Assembly (NCBI GenBank): GCA_943787795.1
Contig: CALSNU010000003.1
Coordinates: 384,001 to 448,000 of the forward strand
DNA from: an uncultured bacterium
GTDB lineage: Bacteria; Planctomycetota; UBA1135; GCA-002686595
Direction: 5' to 3'
DNA length: 64,000 nt
Shown here one piece after another: positions 1-12,306 of this stretch. The translations under genes and the position numbers were made by a program. Numbering within the stretch: the first letter of the stretch is position 1; every line of letters starts with the position of its first letter. The notes beneath the pieces were generated by a model that was not told the DNA's origin, made no database searches, and saw only the letters and a program-made list of their open reading frames with translations.

Positions 1-578
1 CGCTGGAGCGCTCCGCGATCCTCAGAGACCTGCGCATGGGGTCCTTTGACGTGCTGGTGGGGATCAACCTGCTGCGGGAGGGCCTGGACCTGCCGGAGGT
101 CGCGCTGGTGGCGATCCTGGACGCGGATAAGGAGGGGTTCCTGCGGGGCCAGACCAGCCTCATCCAGACCTGCGGCCGCGCGGCGAGGAACGCTGAAGGG
201 CGGGTGATCTTCTATGGCGATCGCGTGACGGAGTCGATGCGCCTCGCCATGGATGAGGTTGATCGTCGCCGGGAGGTGCAGCTCTCCTGGAACTCGGAGC
301 ACGGGCTGGAGCCGAGGACGATCTTCAAGCCGATCCGTGAGGGGATCGAGGCCCTGTACGAGATGGACTACCCGTCGGTCCCCGAGCTCCCGGAGAGCGG
401 CGGCGTGCAGGACGGCGATGAGGACCACCCTCGGAGCTGGCCGGTTCAGCGGCTTCGTGGCGAGATCGAGCGGACTCGAGCGGACATGCTGCTCGCCGCC
501 GGGGAGCTCCGTTTCGAGGAGGCGACGTCCCTGCGGGATCGCCTGAAGGAGCTCGAGGAGGTCGAGCTCTCGCGTTGA
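1..578 (+). CDS. uvrB: Excinuclease ABC subunit B, C-terminal part (gene begins before the window)
   Basis: Motifs [39 protein letters not shown] and C-terminal UVR motif [11 protein letters not shown]; frame is open back to the window edge. Confidence 0.97.
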   Translation, partial: LERSAILRDLRMGSFDVLVGINLLREGLDLPEVALVAILDADKEGFLRGQTSLIQTCGRAARNAEGRVIFYGDRVTESMRLAMDEVDRRREVQLSWNSEHGLEPRTIFKPIREGIEALYEMDYPSVPELPESGGVQDGDEDHPRSWPVQRLRGEIERTRADMLLAAGELRFEEATSLRDRLKELEEVELSR

Positions 579-665
579 GGCGGGCCCGCCTCGGAGCGAG
601 GCATCGGCGCCTCGGTTCGGCGTACACGCCCAGCGCGACCCCCGGGCTTACTGCATCATGATTCC

Positions 666-1001
666 GTGACCAGCGACTTCTACTGTGACGAGGTGCTCTC
701 GGGAAAGACCCCGGTGGACGTGGTGCGAGAGACGGAGACCGTCCTCGCCTACCACCACACCCGGCCGTTCTGGCCCGTTCACATCGTGGTGATCCCCAAG
801 CGCCATGTGCCCTCGCTAACGGATCTCGGAGACGCCCCCGAGGGCCTGCTTGAAGAGCTCCTGGGCGTGGTCCAGAGCGTCGCGCGAGAGGTCGAGGTGG
901 AGCATGGCGCGGCGCGCGTGCTGACCAACCTCGGCGCCTATCAGGACTCCAAGCACCTCCACTTCCACGTCAACCATGGCGAGGCGGGAGGAGCCTCATG
1001 A
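666..1001 (+). CDS. HIT (histidine triad) family nucleotide hydrolase
   Basis: HLHFH triad, PVHIVVIPKRH motif, 111 aa; GTG start. Confidence 0.9.
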   Translation: MTSDFYCDEVLSGKTPVDVVRETETVLAYHHTRPFWPVHIVVIPKRHVPSLTDLGDAPEGLLEELLGVVQSVAREVEVEHGAARVLTNLGAYQDSKHLHFHVNHGEAGGAS

Positions 1002-2077
1002 GCACCGCCCCCGATCTGGCCGGTAGCGAGCTGGAGGCGGCCGTGAGGCTCTTCGAGCTGGAGGGCGACCTGGTGGAGATTGTGGGGCTCCACCGGGGTC
1101 ATATTCACGACACGCTGGTCTCGACCTGGCAGGTAGGCGGCGAGTCGGACGGACACCGCCGGTTCGTTCATCAGCGGCTGAATGACAGGGTCTTCAGGGA
1201 CATTCCCGCGCTCATGCACAACGTGGGCGTGGTGACCCGGCACCTCGCGCGGGCAGGGGGCGCCGATGGATTGACCGCGCTGGCCCTCGTGGGGGCGCGG
1301 GACGGCGCGGACTATGCCTTCGCGCGGGACACGCCCTGGAGGACCTACCACTTCGTGGAGGGCACCGAGTCCTACGACCACCCAAAGGACGCTGACATGG
1401 CGCGGTCAGCCGCCCTCGCCTTCGGGGACTTTCAGATCAAGCTGAGCACCCTGCCCGCGTCGGAGCTTCGGCAGACCATCCCCAACTTCTTCAACTCCGA
1501 GGCGCGCCTCGCCCAGCTGGACGACGCCTGCCGCAGGAACCCCCTGGAGCGCGTCGCCGAGGTCCAGGAGGAGCTCGCCTTCATCGACGCGCGCCGCAAG
1601 CAGCTCTCGGTCTTCGAGAACGCCCTGCGGACGGGCCGCATGCCGCGGCGTGTGATCCACGGGGATACCAAGCTGAACAACGTCCTGTTCGACAGCGAGA
1701 CCGGGAAGCCGCGCTGCATCGTCGACCTGGACACGTGCATGCCGGGCTACTCCCTGTTTGACTTCGGGGACCTCGTGCGCTTCACGGCAGCGACCTCGGA
1801 TGAGGATGAACGGGATCTGGACCTCGTGGACGTGGACATGGACCTCTTCAAGGCCCTGCGGGATGGGTACATGGAGAAGGCCAGCGGCTTCCTGAACGCC
1901 TTCGAGGTCGACCACATGGCGTTCGCGGCCCGGATCGTGACCCTGACGATCGGGATGCGGTTCCTGGCCGATCACGTCATGGGGGATCACTACTTCAAGA
2001 TCGAGCGCGAGGGTCACAACCTCGACCGAGCACGGGTCCAGTTGCGCATGGTGGAGACCATGGAGCGGCGCCTCTGA
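998..2077 (+). CDS. APH-fold sugar kinase, N-acetylhexosamine 1-kinase (NahK)-like
   Basis: GHIHDT, QRLN, Brenner motif HGDTKLNNVLFD, VDLDT, DFGDLVR, C-terminal HYFKI..EGHNLDRARVQ; ATGA overlap with the HIT gene. Confidence 0.85.
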   Translation: MSTAPDLAGSELEAAVRLFELEGDLVEIVGLHRGHIHDTLVSTWQVGGESDGHRRFVHQRLNDRVFRDIPALMHNVGVVTRHLARAGGADGLTALALVGARDGADYAFARDTPWRTYHFVEGTESYDHPKDADMARSAALAFGDFQIKLSTLPASELRQTIPNFFNSEARLAQLDDACRRNPLERVAEVQEELAFIDARRKQLSVFENALRTGRMPRRVIHGDTKLNNVLFDSETGKPRCIVDLDTCMPGYSLFDFGDLVRFTAATSDEDERDLDLVDVDMDLFKALRDGYMEKASGFLNAFEVDHMAFAARIVTLTIGMRFLADHVMGDHYFKIEREGHNLDRARVQLRMVETMERRL

Positions 2078-2146
2078 CTCGACGGCCTGGCCGCCCGTGG
2101 CTCGACGGACCCTGCGGGGAAGCCCGCGCGCCCGACCCGCATGTGG

Positions 2147-2182
2147 CCCAGCGGATAGACCCAGCGGATAGACCCAGCGGAT
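2147..2182. repeat. Intergenic tandem repeat, 13-bp unit CCCAGCGGATAGA x about 2.8
   Basis: Read directly from sequence. Confidence 0.9.
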
Positions 2183-2492
2183 GGGCTCAGCCGGTTGATT
2201 CCGCGGGGGGGCTCTCTGCGGGGGGACTCTGCAGGGAGCCTTTGCTGGTTGACTCCTCTCGGGACGCCGGCGCCGCGACCCCCCCCGAGTGGTGCCTTCC
2301 TCGGGCCCGTTCGCCGGGTCCCGCCACCGGCTCCCCGGTGGCCTGCGCTACGGGCTCGGCGCCTCGAGCCCGTGGGGGCATTCGGGAGCGAGGACCTCGG
2401 CGAGGCTGAGGGAGGTCGTGGAGCCGACCCAATAACGCTCGTGCCCGCACGCGCGCGTTGCGTAGGGGGCCACGGGGGCCTATACCCCTGGG

Positions 2493-4331
2493 GTGAAGAG
2501 TGGCGGCTCGAACGACCCCGGCTGGTGGCCGGCGGATATCCCGAGGAGACCGGGGGTCTATATCTTCCGTTCGGTGGAGGGCAGCGTCCTCTACGTGGGC
2601 AAGGCGGGGAACCTGCGCAATCGGCTCACGGCCTACCGCCGCCCCGAGAACGACGGGCGGATCCTCATCCGGTTCCTCGGGGATGAGGCCGACTCGGTCG
2701 AGACGATCGTCACCCGGACGGAGCAGGAGGCGCTGCTGCTGGAGGACACCCTCATCAAGCAGTACAAGCCGCCCCACAACATCCGGCTCAAGGACGACAA
2801 GTCCTTTCGGATGCTGAGGATCGACATGAGCGACCGGTTCCCGCGGTTGAAGCACGTCAGGGCGCACTCTCCAGAGATGGGGCGCGAGGGCGGGCGCTCG
2901 CGCTACTTCGGGCCGTTTGCCAGCGCCGGAGCGCTGCGCCGGACGCTCGCGGACCTCCACCGGATTGTGCCCCTCAGGGACTGCCCGGACTCGGTCATGG
3001 ATAACCGTTCGCGGCCCTGCCTCAAGCACCAGATCGGGCTCTGCTGCGCGCCCTGCGTCGGGGCTGTCGAGCCCGCCGCCTACACCGACCTCGTGGAGCG
3101 GGCCTCCCGGATTCTCTCGGGCGATGGGACGGAGCTCGAGACGGACCTGCGCCAGCGAATGACGGCCGCCTCCGAGGCGCTCGAGTTCGAGCGCGCGGCG
3201 GTTTGGCGCGATCGCCTCGAGGCTCTGCGGCGCACGGTGGAGGGGCAGGGGGTCCGTCCCAAAGACTCGGTGGACCGAGACGTCCTCGGCCTCGCCCGTC
3301 GAGGGGGCCGCGCCTCGATCCATCGGATCGCCTGGCGGGATCGGCGGATGGCCGAGTCAAGAACGCACCACTTCCGCTCGGAGCTGCCCGATGAGGAGCT
3401 CCTTCACAGCGTCCTGAGCGCGATCTACGCGCCGGGCCGGCGGGCCGCGCCGACGGAGATCCTCCTGCCGTTCGCCCCGTCCGAGCAGGGGCTGCTCGAG
3501 GAGCTGCTGGGGGCGCGCTTGCTGGTGCCCTCCAGCGGTGATCGCAAGCGCATGCTCGACTTCGCCTTCGAGAACGCAGCCCAGGGCCTGACGCGGCAGT
3601 CGGATGAGGAGGATCGGGACGCCGACGCCCTGGCGCGCCTCATCGAGCTCCTGGACCTCGATCCAGGGACCGAGGTGATTGACTGCTTCGATATCTCGAC
3701 CACGCAGGGGAGCCACGTGGTCGCGAGCCGGGTGCGCTTCAAGCGCGGCCACTCCGATCGATCGGGCTACCGGCGGTACAAGATCCGCGAGGTGGACGGT
3801 CAGGATGACTTTGCGTCGATGCACGAGGTCGTGCGCCGGAGCCTCGAGCGGGGTCAGCGTGAGGGAGATCTCCCCGACCTCGTGGTCATCGATGGCGGGC
3901 CTCCGCAGCTGGAGCGGGCCATGCTCGCGCGGCAGGAGTCGGGCGCCTTCGGTGTCGCGCTGATCGGCCTGGCGAAGGCGCGTGGGGAGCGCAAGGTCCG
4001 CGGCAAGCGCAAGGGGCCCGTGGAGGAGCGGGTCTGGATCCCCGGGGCGAGCGAGGCCGTGGTCCTCGGCGCCCATAGCGAGGTCCGGCACTTGCTCGAG
4101 CGGATCAGGGACGAGGCGCACCGCTTCGCGATCACCTACCACCGCAAGGAGCGCGGGAAGATCACGAGCCGGCTGGACGGCATCGCCGGGGTGGGCCCCG
4201 CGCGCCGTCGAGCGCTCCTCACCACCTTCGGGTCGGTGGCGGGAGTGACCGAGGCCAGCGTGGAGCAGCTGGCCGCGGTGGATGGGATCTCACCCGAGCT
4301 CGCGAGAGTGATTTCTGACGCCTTACATTGA
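2493..4331 (+). CDS. uvrC: Excinuclease ABC subunit C
   Basis: GIY-YIG domain (PGVYIF..VLYVGKA), HNIRLKDDK, Cys cluster, FDIST, DGGPPQL, IRDEAHRFAITYHR, HhH GVGPARR. Confidence 0.97.
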   Translation: MKSGGSNDPGWWPADIPRRPGVYIFRSVEGSVLYVGKAGNLRNRLTAYRRPENDGRILIRFLGDEADSVETIVTRTEQEALLLEDTLIKQYKPPHNIRLKDDKSFRMLRIDMSDRFPRLKHVRAHSPEMGREGGRSRYFGPFASAGALRRTLADLHRIVPLRDCPDSVMDNRSRPCLKHQIGLCCAPCVGAVEPAAYTDLVERASRILSGDGTELETDLRQRMTAASEALEFERAAVWRDRLEALRRTVEGQGVRPKDSVDRDVLGLARRGGRASIHRIAWRDRRMAESRTHHFRSELPDEELLHSVLSAIYAPGRRAAPTEILLPFAPSEQGLLEELLGARLLVPSSGDRKRMLDFAFENAAQGLTRQSDEEDRDADALARLIELLDLDPGTEVIDCFDISTTQGSHVVASRVRFKRGHSDRSGYRRYKIREVDGQDDFASMHEVVRRSLERGQREGDLPDLVVIDGGPPQLERAMLARQESGAFGVALIGLAKARGERKVRGKRKGPVEERVWIPGASEAVVLGAHSEVRHLLERIRDEAHRFAITYHRKERGKITSRLDGIAGVGPARRRALLTTFGSVAGVTEASVEQLAAVDGISPELARVISDALH

Positions 4332-4392
4332 CCTCCAGCGGCCGGGGTGCCGAGAGGCCTCCTTGGGCCCGACTCGCCCGCCTTGATCCAAC

Positions 4393-5757
4393 ATGCAATC
4401 CACGCTCACACTCTCCGCGCTGGCGGCGCTCCTGGCTCTCCCGGCTGTTCAGGAGCCCCGTCCAGTCCTCGACGGTGAGCGCAAGCACACGCTCACCGAG
4501 GGGGCCCTGCGTGCCAGCGCCCTCTGGCGATCGGAGCGGGGCCTGGAGCGCAGCGCGCGGCAGGTGCTGGAGATCTTCACCGCGGTGGACGCTGCGGGAG
4601 CTCCCCGGGCGGCGGAGCTGACAGGGCCGGAAGGGCCCGCGGTGGAGCTGCTCCTCGCTGAGTCTGCCGCTCAGCTCGGAAAGCTGGGCGGCCGACGTGG
4701 CGAGCGGGTGCAGTGGGATCCGGACTTCCGAGGGACGGGGACGCCCGCCGTCGCGGTGGTCCCGCGAATGAACGACCGGGTCCTCTTCGGGACCGGGCTC
4801 CCGCCGGCGACCCGGCGACTCGCGGCGCTCGCTGCCGCCCGAAGGCTCGCCCCCGAAGCCCCTGCGGGGACCCCGGGGTGGCTGACGTCGGGCGGCTGCT
4901 CCCTCCGTGCCCAGCGCGGCTTGGAGGCGATCGGCCACGCCCGCGCCATGTCCGTTGAACCGTGGACCTCCTCCGGTCTCGTGGAGCTCCGATCCGCCCT
5001 GGCCCTGGTGGGGCCTGCTCAGGGCCGTGACCCCGGTGGAGTCCCCGCTGGCGCTAGCGAGCGGGGGGCCGAGCTGCTTCGGCTCGCCGCCGCCGCGCCG
5101 CCGAGCCGCGACCTGTTTCTGGCGGACCGCCCAGCCCGGGATAGCGCCGGCGGTGCGGCCCGCATGCTCCTCGCGCTCGAGCGGGAAGGAGACCGCGCTG
5201 GGGACCTCACGCATGACGAGCTCGCGGTACGTGCGGCGAACCGACTCCAGGGGCTGCGTCCGCGCTGGGTGGTCGAAGGCGGCGCCGTGGCCGGGCACCC
5301 GGGAGGCTGGATGGCGACGGCGACGCGAGCCTCGGACGCCCTCGTCCTCGAGGCCTCACCGCCGCTCGCTGGTCCGTTCCGGCTCGACGCCACCGTGGTC
5401 ATCTTCGCCAACGACCCCAAGAACGCGGGCCAGGCAGACCTGGTCGTCGGGGATCAGGACGGAGACCGCATCCTCCTGGCCATCAACACCAGGGAGGGGA
5501 TCTACCTCTTCCGGCGACCGGGCGTTGGCGAGCCGTACGAGATCCTCGCGGAGATGGGCCGAGTGGAGGTCCCGCCCTTCAAGGAGATCAAGGTCCAGAT
5601 CGACTACGACGGCGAGGTGATCCAGGTCCAGGTGGCGGACGTCAAGCTCGCGCCGGTCCGCCTCGCGGAGCGCACGCTCGACGGGGCGGCCGGCTTCGGG
5701 GCGCACGCCGGGAGTTCGGTCTTCTTCAAGCGCTTCAAGCGAGGGCCGCGCCGCTAG
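4393..5757 (+). CDS. Hypothetical exported protein with a beta-rich C-terminal domain
   Basis: N-terminal hydrophobic signal-like segment; C-terminal 140 aa alternate like beta strands (possibly ConA/DUF1080-like, unverified). Confidence 0.65.
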   Translation: MQSTLTLSALAALLALPAVQEPRPVLDGERKHTLTEGALRASALWRSERGLERSARQVLEIFTAVDAAGAPRAAELTGPEGPAVELLLAESAAQLGKLGGRRGERVQWDPDFRGTGTPAVAVVPRMNDRVLFGTGLPPATRRLAALAAARRLAPEAPAGTPGWLTSGGCSLRAQRGLEAIGHARAMSVEPWTSSGLVELRSALALVGPAQGRDPGGVPAGASERGAELLRLAAAAPPSRDLFLADRPARDSAGGAARMLLALEREGDRAGDLTHDELAVRAANRLQGLRPRWVVEGGAVAGHPGGWMATATRASDALVLEASPPLAGPFRLDATVVIFANDPKNAGQADLVVGDQDGDRILLAINTREGIYLFRRPGVGEPYEILAEMGRVEVPPFKEIKVQIDYDGEVIQVQVADVKLAPVRLAERTLDGAAGFGAHAGSSVFFKRFKRGPRR

Positions 5758-5759
5758 GC

Positions 5760-6737
5760 TCAGCCGCGCGGGTGGTGCATCTGGTGCACCGTCCGCACAT
5801 GTCCCTCGTCGAGGTGGGTGTAGAGCTCGGTGGTGCGAATGGAGGCGTGCCCGAGCATCTCCTGGACCGCTCTGAGGTCGGCGCCCCCGGCGAGCATGTG
5901 GGTCGCGAAGGAGTGCCGCAGGTCGTGGGGAGATGTGCTCGGTGGCAGCCCTGCCGATGCGACCGCCTCCTTGACGCGTCGCCAGGCGCTGGAGCGATCC
6001 AATGGGCGGCCGCTCCGCGAGAGGAACACCGCCTTGGCCCGCCCTCGGCTGGCTAGCCGAGGGCGCCCCTCGCGCATCCAGCGATCGAGGGCCTCCCGAG
6101 CGGTGCGGCCCAGCGGCACGACCCGCATCTTGTCGCCCTTGCCGTGGAGCCGAAGGGGGGAGAGGTCCGGCGGGAGGTCGTCCGTCGTGAGCCCGATGGC
6201 CTCCGAGATGCGGGCGCCGCCGGCGTAGAGGACCTCGAGCAGGGCGCGGTCGCGCAGCGTGCGCCAGGTCTCGTCCGCCGCGGGGACCGCGTAGACGGAG
6301 AGGAGGGCGTCCACATCCTCAGGCGTGAGGGTGGTCGGGAGGAGCCGACGCAGCCTCGGGGAGCTGATGCGTGCGGTGGGGTCGCGCTTGAGGGTGCCCT
6401 CCGCGATCTGGAAGCGGACCAGCATGCGCAGGGCCACGAGGCCGCGCGCGACGGACGACTCTGCGGCGCCCGCGCCGCGCCGATCGCCGAGCCAGCGGAC
6501 GATCCCGTCCTCTTCCAGCGCAGCCCACTCGGTGACGCCAGCGCCGCCCAGCCAGGCACCGAGCGAGCGGAGGTCCGAGCGGTATGCCGCGACGGTGTTC
6601 CTGGACAGGCCCGCCTCCACGCGCATGGCGTCCAGGAAGTCCACGATGTCGGCCTCCAGCTGAGGGGGGACAGCCCCGGGCCCGCCGCCTGAGCCGCTGG
6701 CCCCGGCGTGGGCTCCGGCGTTGAGACGCTGCGTCAT
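5760..6737 (-). CDS. xerD: Site-specific tyrosine recombinase, XerD type
   Basis: GLSRNTVAAYRSDL, RDRALLEVLYAGGARISE, GKGDKMR.VP, SPHDLRHSFATHML.GGADLRAVQEMLGHASIRTTELYTH; start taken at MTQRL. Confidence 0.92.
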   Translation of the reverse strand: MTQRLNAGAHAGASGSGGGPGAVPPQLEADIVDFLDAMRVEAGLSRNTVAAYRSDLRSLGAWLGGAGVTEWAALEEDGIVRWLGDRRGAGAAESSVARGLVALRMLVRFQIAEGTLKRDPTARISSPRLRRLLPTTLTPEDVDALLSVYAVPAADETWRTLRDRALLEVLYAGGARISEAIGLTTDDLPPDLSPLRLHGKGDKMRVVPLGRTAREALDRWMREGRPRLASRGRAKAVFLSRSGRPLDRSSAWRRVKEAVASAGLPPSTSPHDLRHSFATHMLAGGADLRAVQEMLGHASIRTTELYTHLDEGHVRTVHQMHHPRG

Positions 6738-6838
6738 GGGGCCAGCGTGGGGGGAGGGAGGGAAGAGTTCAAGGCGAACCGGGAGCCGCCGCCGGGATCG
6801 GGGTAGGCTCTTCGCCGAGGTCCCCCAGCGAGCCACCG

Positions 6839-7615
6839 ATGTCCCCCAGCGAGCAAGACGATCGCGCCCCGAGCGCTTCAGCCGCCACGCCTACCCCAGA
6901 GGCTGGCTCATCCGCCTCTGGTGCCACCGGCAGCGCTGGTCCTGCCGCTGGATCTTCGAGCCTGGCCGACCCCGCTGCCCTCAGAGCACCCGCGCGTCGG
7001 CACCTGATCCTCTTCATGGTGGTGGCCTTGCTGGTCGCCCTGGACCTCTGGTCGAAGTCCGCGGTCTTCAGCTGGTTCCAGGATCCCGAGGCCCAGGCCG
7101 CGCTCCCGCGCTCCGAGCGAGGGCACCCCCGCTTCCCGCTCATCGGGGAGTGGCTGGGCTTCATGCTGAATCTCAACTACGGGGCCGCCTTCGGGAAGGG
7201 GGGCTCGATGCCCTGGCTGCTGGTAGGGGGTCGCTGCGTGGCGTCGATCTTCCTCACGTTCCTCATCTACAGGACTCCGGTGGGCCAGCGCGTCTACCTC
7301 GGCGCGCTGGTGCTCATCCTCTCCGGCGCCCTCGGGAACCTGTACGACAACTTCACCTTCGCGCCGGCCCCCGACCTGCCAGGCGTTCAGGATGGCCGGC
7401 CCTTCGGACCGGTGCGCGACTTCATCGACGTCTACTTCTACGGCTGGGATTGGCACTTCCCGACGTTCAACGTCGCGGACTCCTGCATCACGGTCGGCGC
7501 CGTTCTTCTGCTCCTGAGCGGGATCGGTGGCGGCCGGCCGGCGGCACCTCAGGTCGCGGCCGGGGGCTCCACCGAGGGCCTCGCCGGGGACGCAGATGAA
7601 GACCTCGACAGGTGA
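6839..7615 (+). CDS. lspA: Lipoprotein signal peptidase II
   Basis: DLWSK, NYGAAFG, GALGNLYD, VRDFID, FPTFNVADSCIT. Confidence 0.95.
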   Translation: MSPSEQDDRAPSASAATPTPEAGSSASGATGSAGPAAGSSSLADPAALRAPARRHLILFMVVALLVALDLWSKSAVFSWFQDPEAQAALPRSERGHPRFPLIGEWLGFMLNLNYGAAFGKGGSMPWLLVGGRCVASIFLTFLIYRTPVGQRVYLGALVLILSGALGNLYDNFTFAPAPDLPGVQDGRPFGPVRDFIDVYFYGWDWHFPTFNVADSCITVGAVLLLLSGIGGGRPAAPQVAAGGSTEGLAGDADEDLDR

Positions 7616-7720
7616 CCGGGTTCTGTCCTGGCTTCCGTTCCCGAGTCGTCGGCCCTATCCTCCGGTGAGGATGGGAGCTTGGTCCAACGGCACGAAGGCG
7701 ACGCGTGGGGGTGACGGCCG

Positions 7721-8566
7721 ATGAGGCTCTCCGACCTTACGCCAGCGCACGTGAAGCAGGCGGCGTCGATCTTCCTGGAGCACGCCTGGCCCAACGGTCC
7801 AGCCGGCCGCGCCGCCGAGCTGGCGACCGCCGTCGATCAAGCGTCGACCATGGAGGAGCTGGCGGAGGTCTTCGAGCTGGTGCGGACGGGCGAGGGCGAG
7901 GGGCGCCGCCGTTTCTGCCTGCGACTCGGGAACGATCGCTATCCCTGGATGAAGCTCGTGATCCAGGAGTTTCTCGTGTCGGGGGAGTTCTTCATCTCTG
8001 CAGACACCCACGACGACATCCGGATCGACCCGTCCATGCCGGACTACGCGGCTTGGAACGAGCTACGTAACCACAACCGAGAGCTGAAGGAGGCGGTGGA
8101 GGCCCACTGGGAGCGCGCGGGGCTGCCGACCCACAGCGACCTGCGCGCGCTCTGCGAGGGGATGGCCCGTCTCGAGTCGGGCGGATCCAAGGGGACCGCC
8201 GGACCACGCCTCCTGATCGTGGACGATGACGAGGATGTGTGCTGCGGCGAGGCGGCCTTCCTGCGAGCCCGGGGCTACATCGTGGAGACGGCCTTCGACG
8301 GTCGAGAGACCCTCGAGCGGATGGGGCGCGACCCCCTCCCCGATCTGGTTGTCCTCGACTTCGCCATGCCGGAGTTCGACGGAGAAGAGGTGATGCGGCG
8401 CCTGCGGGCGGATCCACGTACCGCCGAGGTGCCGCTGCTGCTGGCCACCGCCAGCGAGATCGAGCTGCCAACGATCCAGCGAGCGAGCGGTCTGCTGCGC
8501 AAGCCCTATCCGCGGGAGGTCCTGTTCGAGATGATCGAGCGCCTCCTCGGCGAGTCCCCCGGTTGA
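7721..8566 (+). CDS. Response regulator: unknown N-terminal domain plus C-terminal receiver
   Basis: Receiver LLIVDDDED, PDLVVLDFAMPEFDG, LATA, LRKPY; N-terminal 150 aa with LRLGN..YPWMKL and DTHD. Confidence 0.88.
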   Translation: MRLSDLTPAHVKQAASIFLEHAWPNGPAGRAAELATAVDQASTMEELAEVFELVRTGEGEGRRRFCLRLGNDRYPWMKLVIQEFLVSGEFFISADTHDDIRIDPSMPDYAAWNELRNHNRELKEAVEAHWERAGLPTHSDLRALCEGMARLESGGSKGTAGPRLLIVDDDEDVCCGEAAFLRARGYIVETAFDGRETLERMGRDPLPDLVVLDFAMPEFDGEEVMRRLRADPRTAEVPLLLATASEIELPTIQRASGLLRKPYPREVLFEMIERLLGESPG

Positions 8567-8602
8567 TCGACGGGTCGGCTGATCCGCCGCTCCCCTCGCC
8601 CT

Positions 8603-8638
8603 GGCTCCTTCCTCGGGCTCCTTCCTCGGGCTCCTTCC
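8603..8638. repeat. Intergenic tandem repeat, 13-bp unit GGCTCCTTCCTCG x about 2.8
   Basis: Read directly from sequence. Confidence 0.9.
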
Positions 8639-8861
8639 GCGGGCGCAGCCCGCAGGCCGGCCCCGGGTGCCGCCCGGCGGCGGGTCCTGACTGAACCTGA
8701 GCCTGCGACCGAGCGCTGGGAAGTTCCCAGCGCCCTGTCCGCAGTGGGGGAGTCGCCGCAGGACCGCTGCCGCTGAGGTCCTTGGGGCACGGTCCCTCCG
8801 CCGAGCCTCCCCTGGAGGAGGAGGGGGACCGCGGCTCGCATGGGCGAGGGGCGGGTGCTCC

Positions 8862-8950
8862 GGGGCCTGGGGAGCCAGGGGCCTGGGGAGCCAGGGGCCT
8901 AGGGAGCCAGGGGCCTAGGGAGCCAGGGGGCTCGGGAGCCAGGGGGCTGG
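8862..8950. repeat. Intergenic G-rich tandem repeat, 16-bp unit GGGGCCT(G/A)GGGAGCCA x about 5.5
   Basis: Units start at 8862, 8878, 8894, 8910, 8926, with a partial at 8942. Confidence 0.92.
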
Positions 8951-9150
8951 GGGTCGGAGGGACCGCGGGGCCCGGCCTGGGTAGGGCCCGGAGGGGATCG
9001 AGAGAACCTTCCGCCAGCGAGGGCTGATCCCCCTTGGCATTCCAACGGGGTGGACCGATACTCCTTCGCCCCGCATGCCGCTTCCCGCGTCCGAGAGGCC
9101 CCGTCAGGAGGATGGGGTGGGAGCAAGGCGGCACCAGACGGGTTCAAGAC

Positions 9151-12302
<3,152 letters not shown>

Positions 12303-12306
<4 letters not shown>

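Noticed and set aside
2187..2686. ORFs overlapping the spacer before uvrC (2143-2409, 2195-2686, 2187-3323)
   Set aside because: Low-complexity Pro/Arg/Gly translations that run through tandem repeats or overlap uvrC; no coding signal
5760..6737. Tyrosine recombinase as a prophage or island integrase
   Set aside because: Sequence is typical chromosomal XerD, the neighbours are housekeeping-type genes, and I saw no att repeats, tRNA or compositional shift
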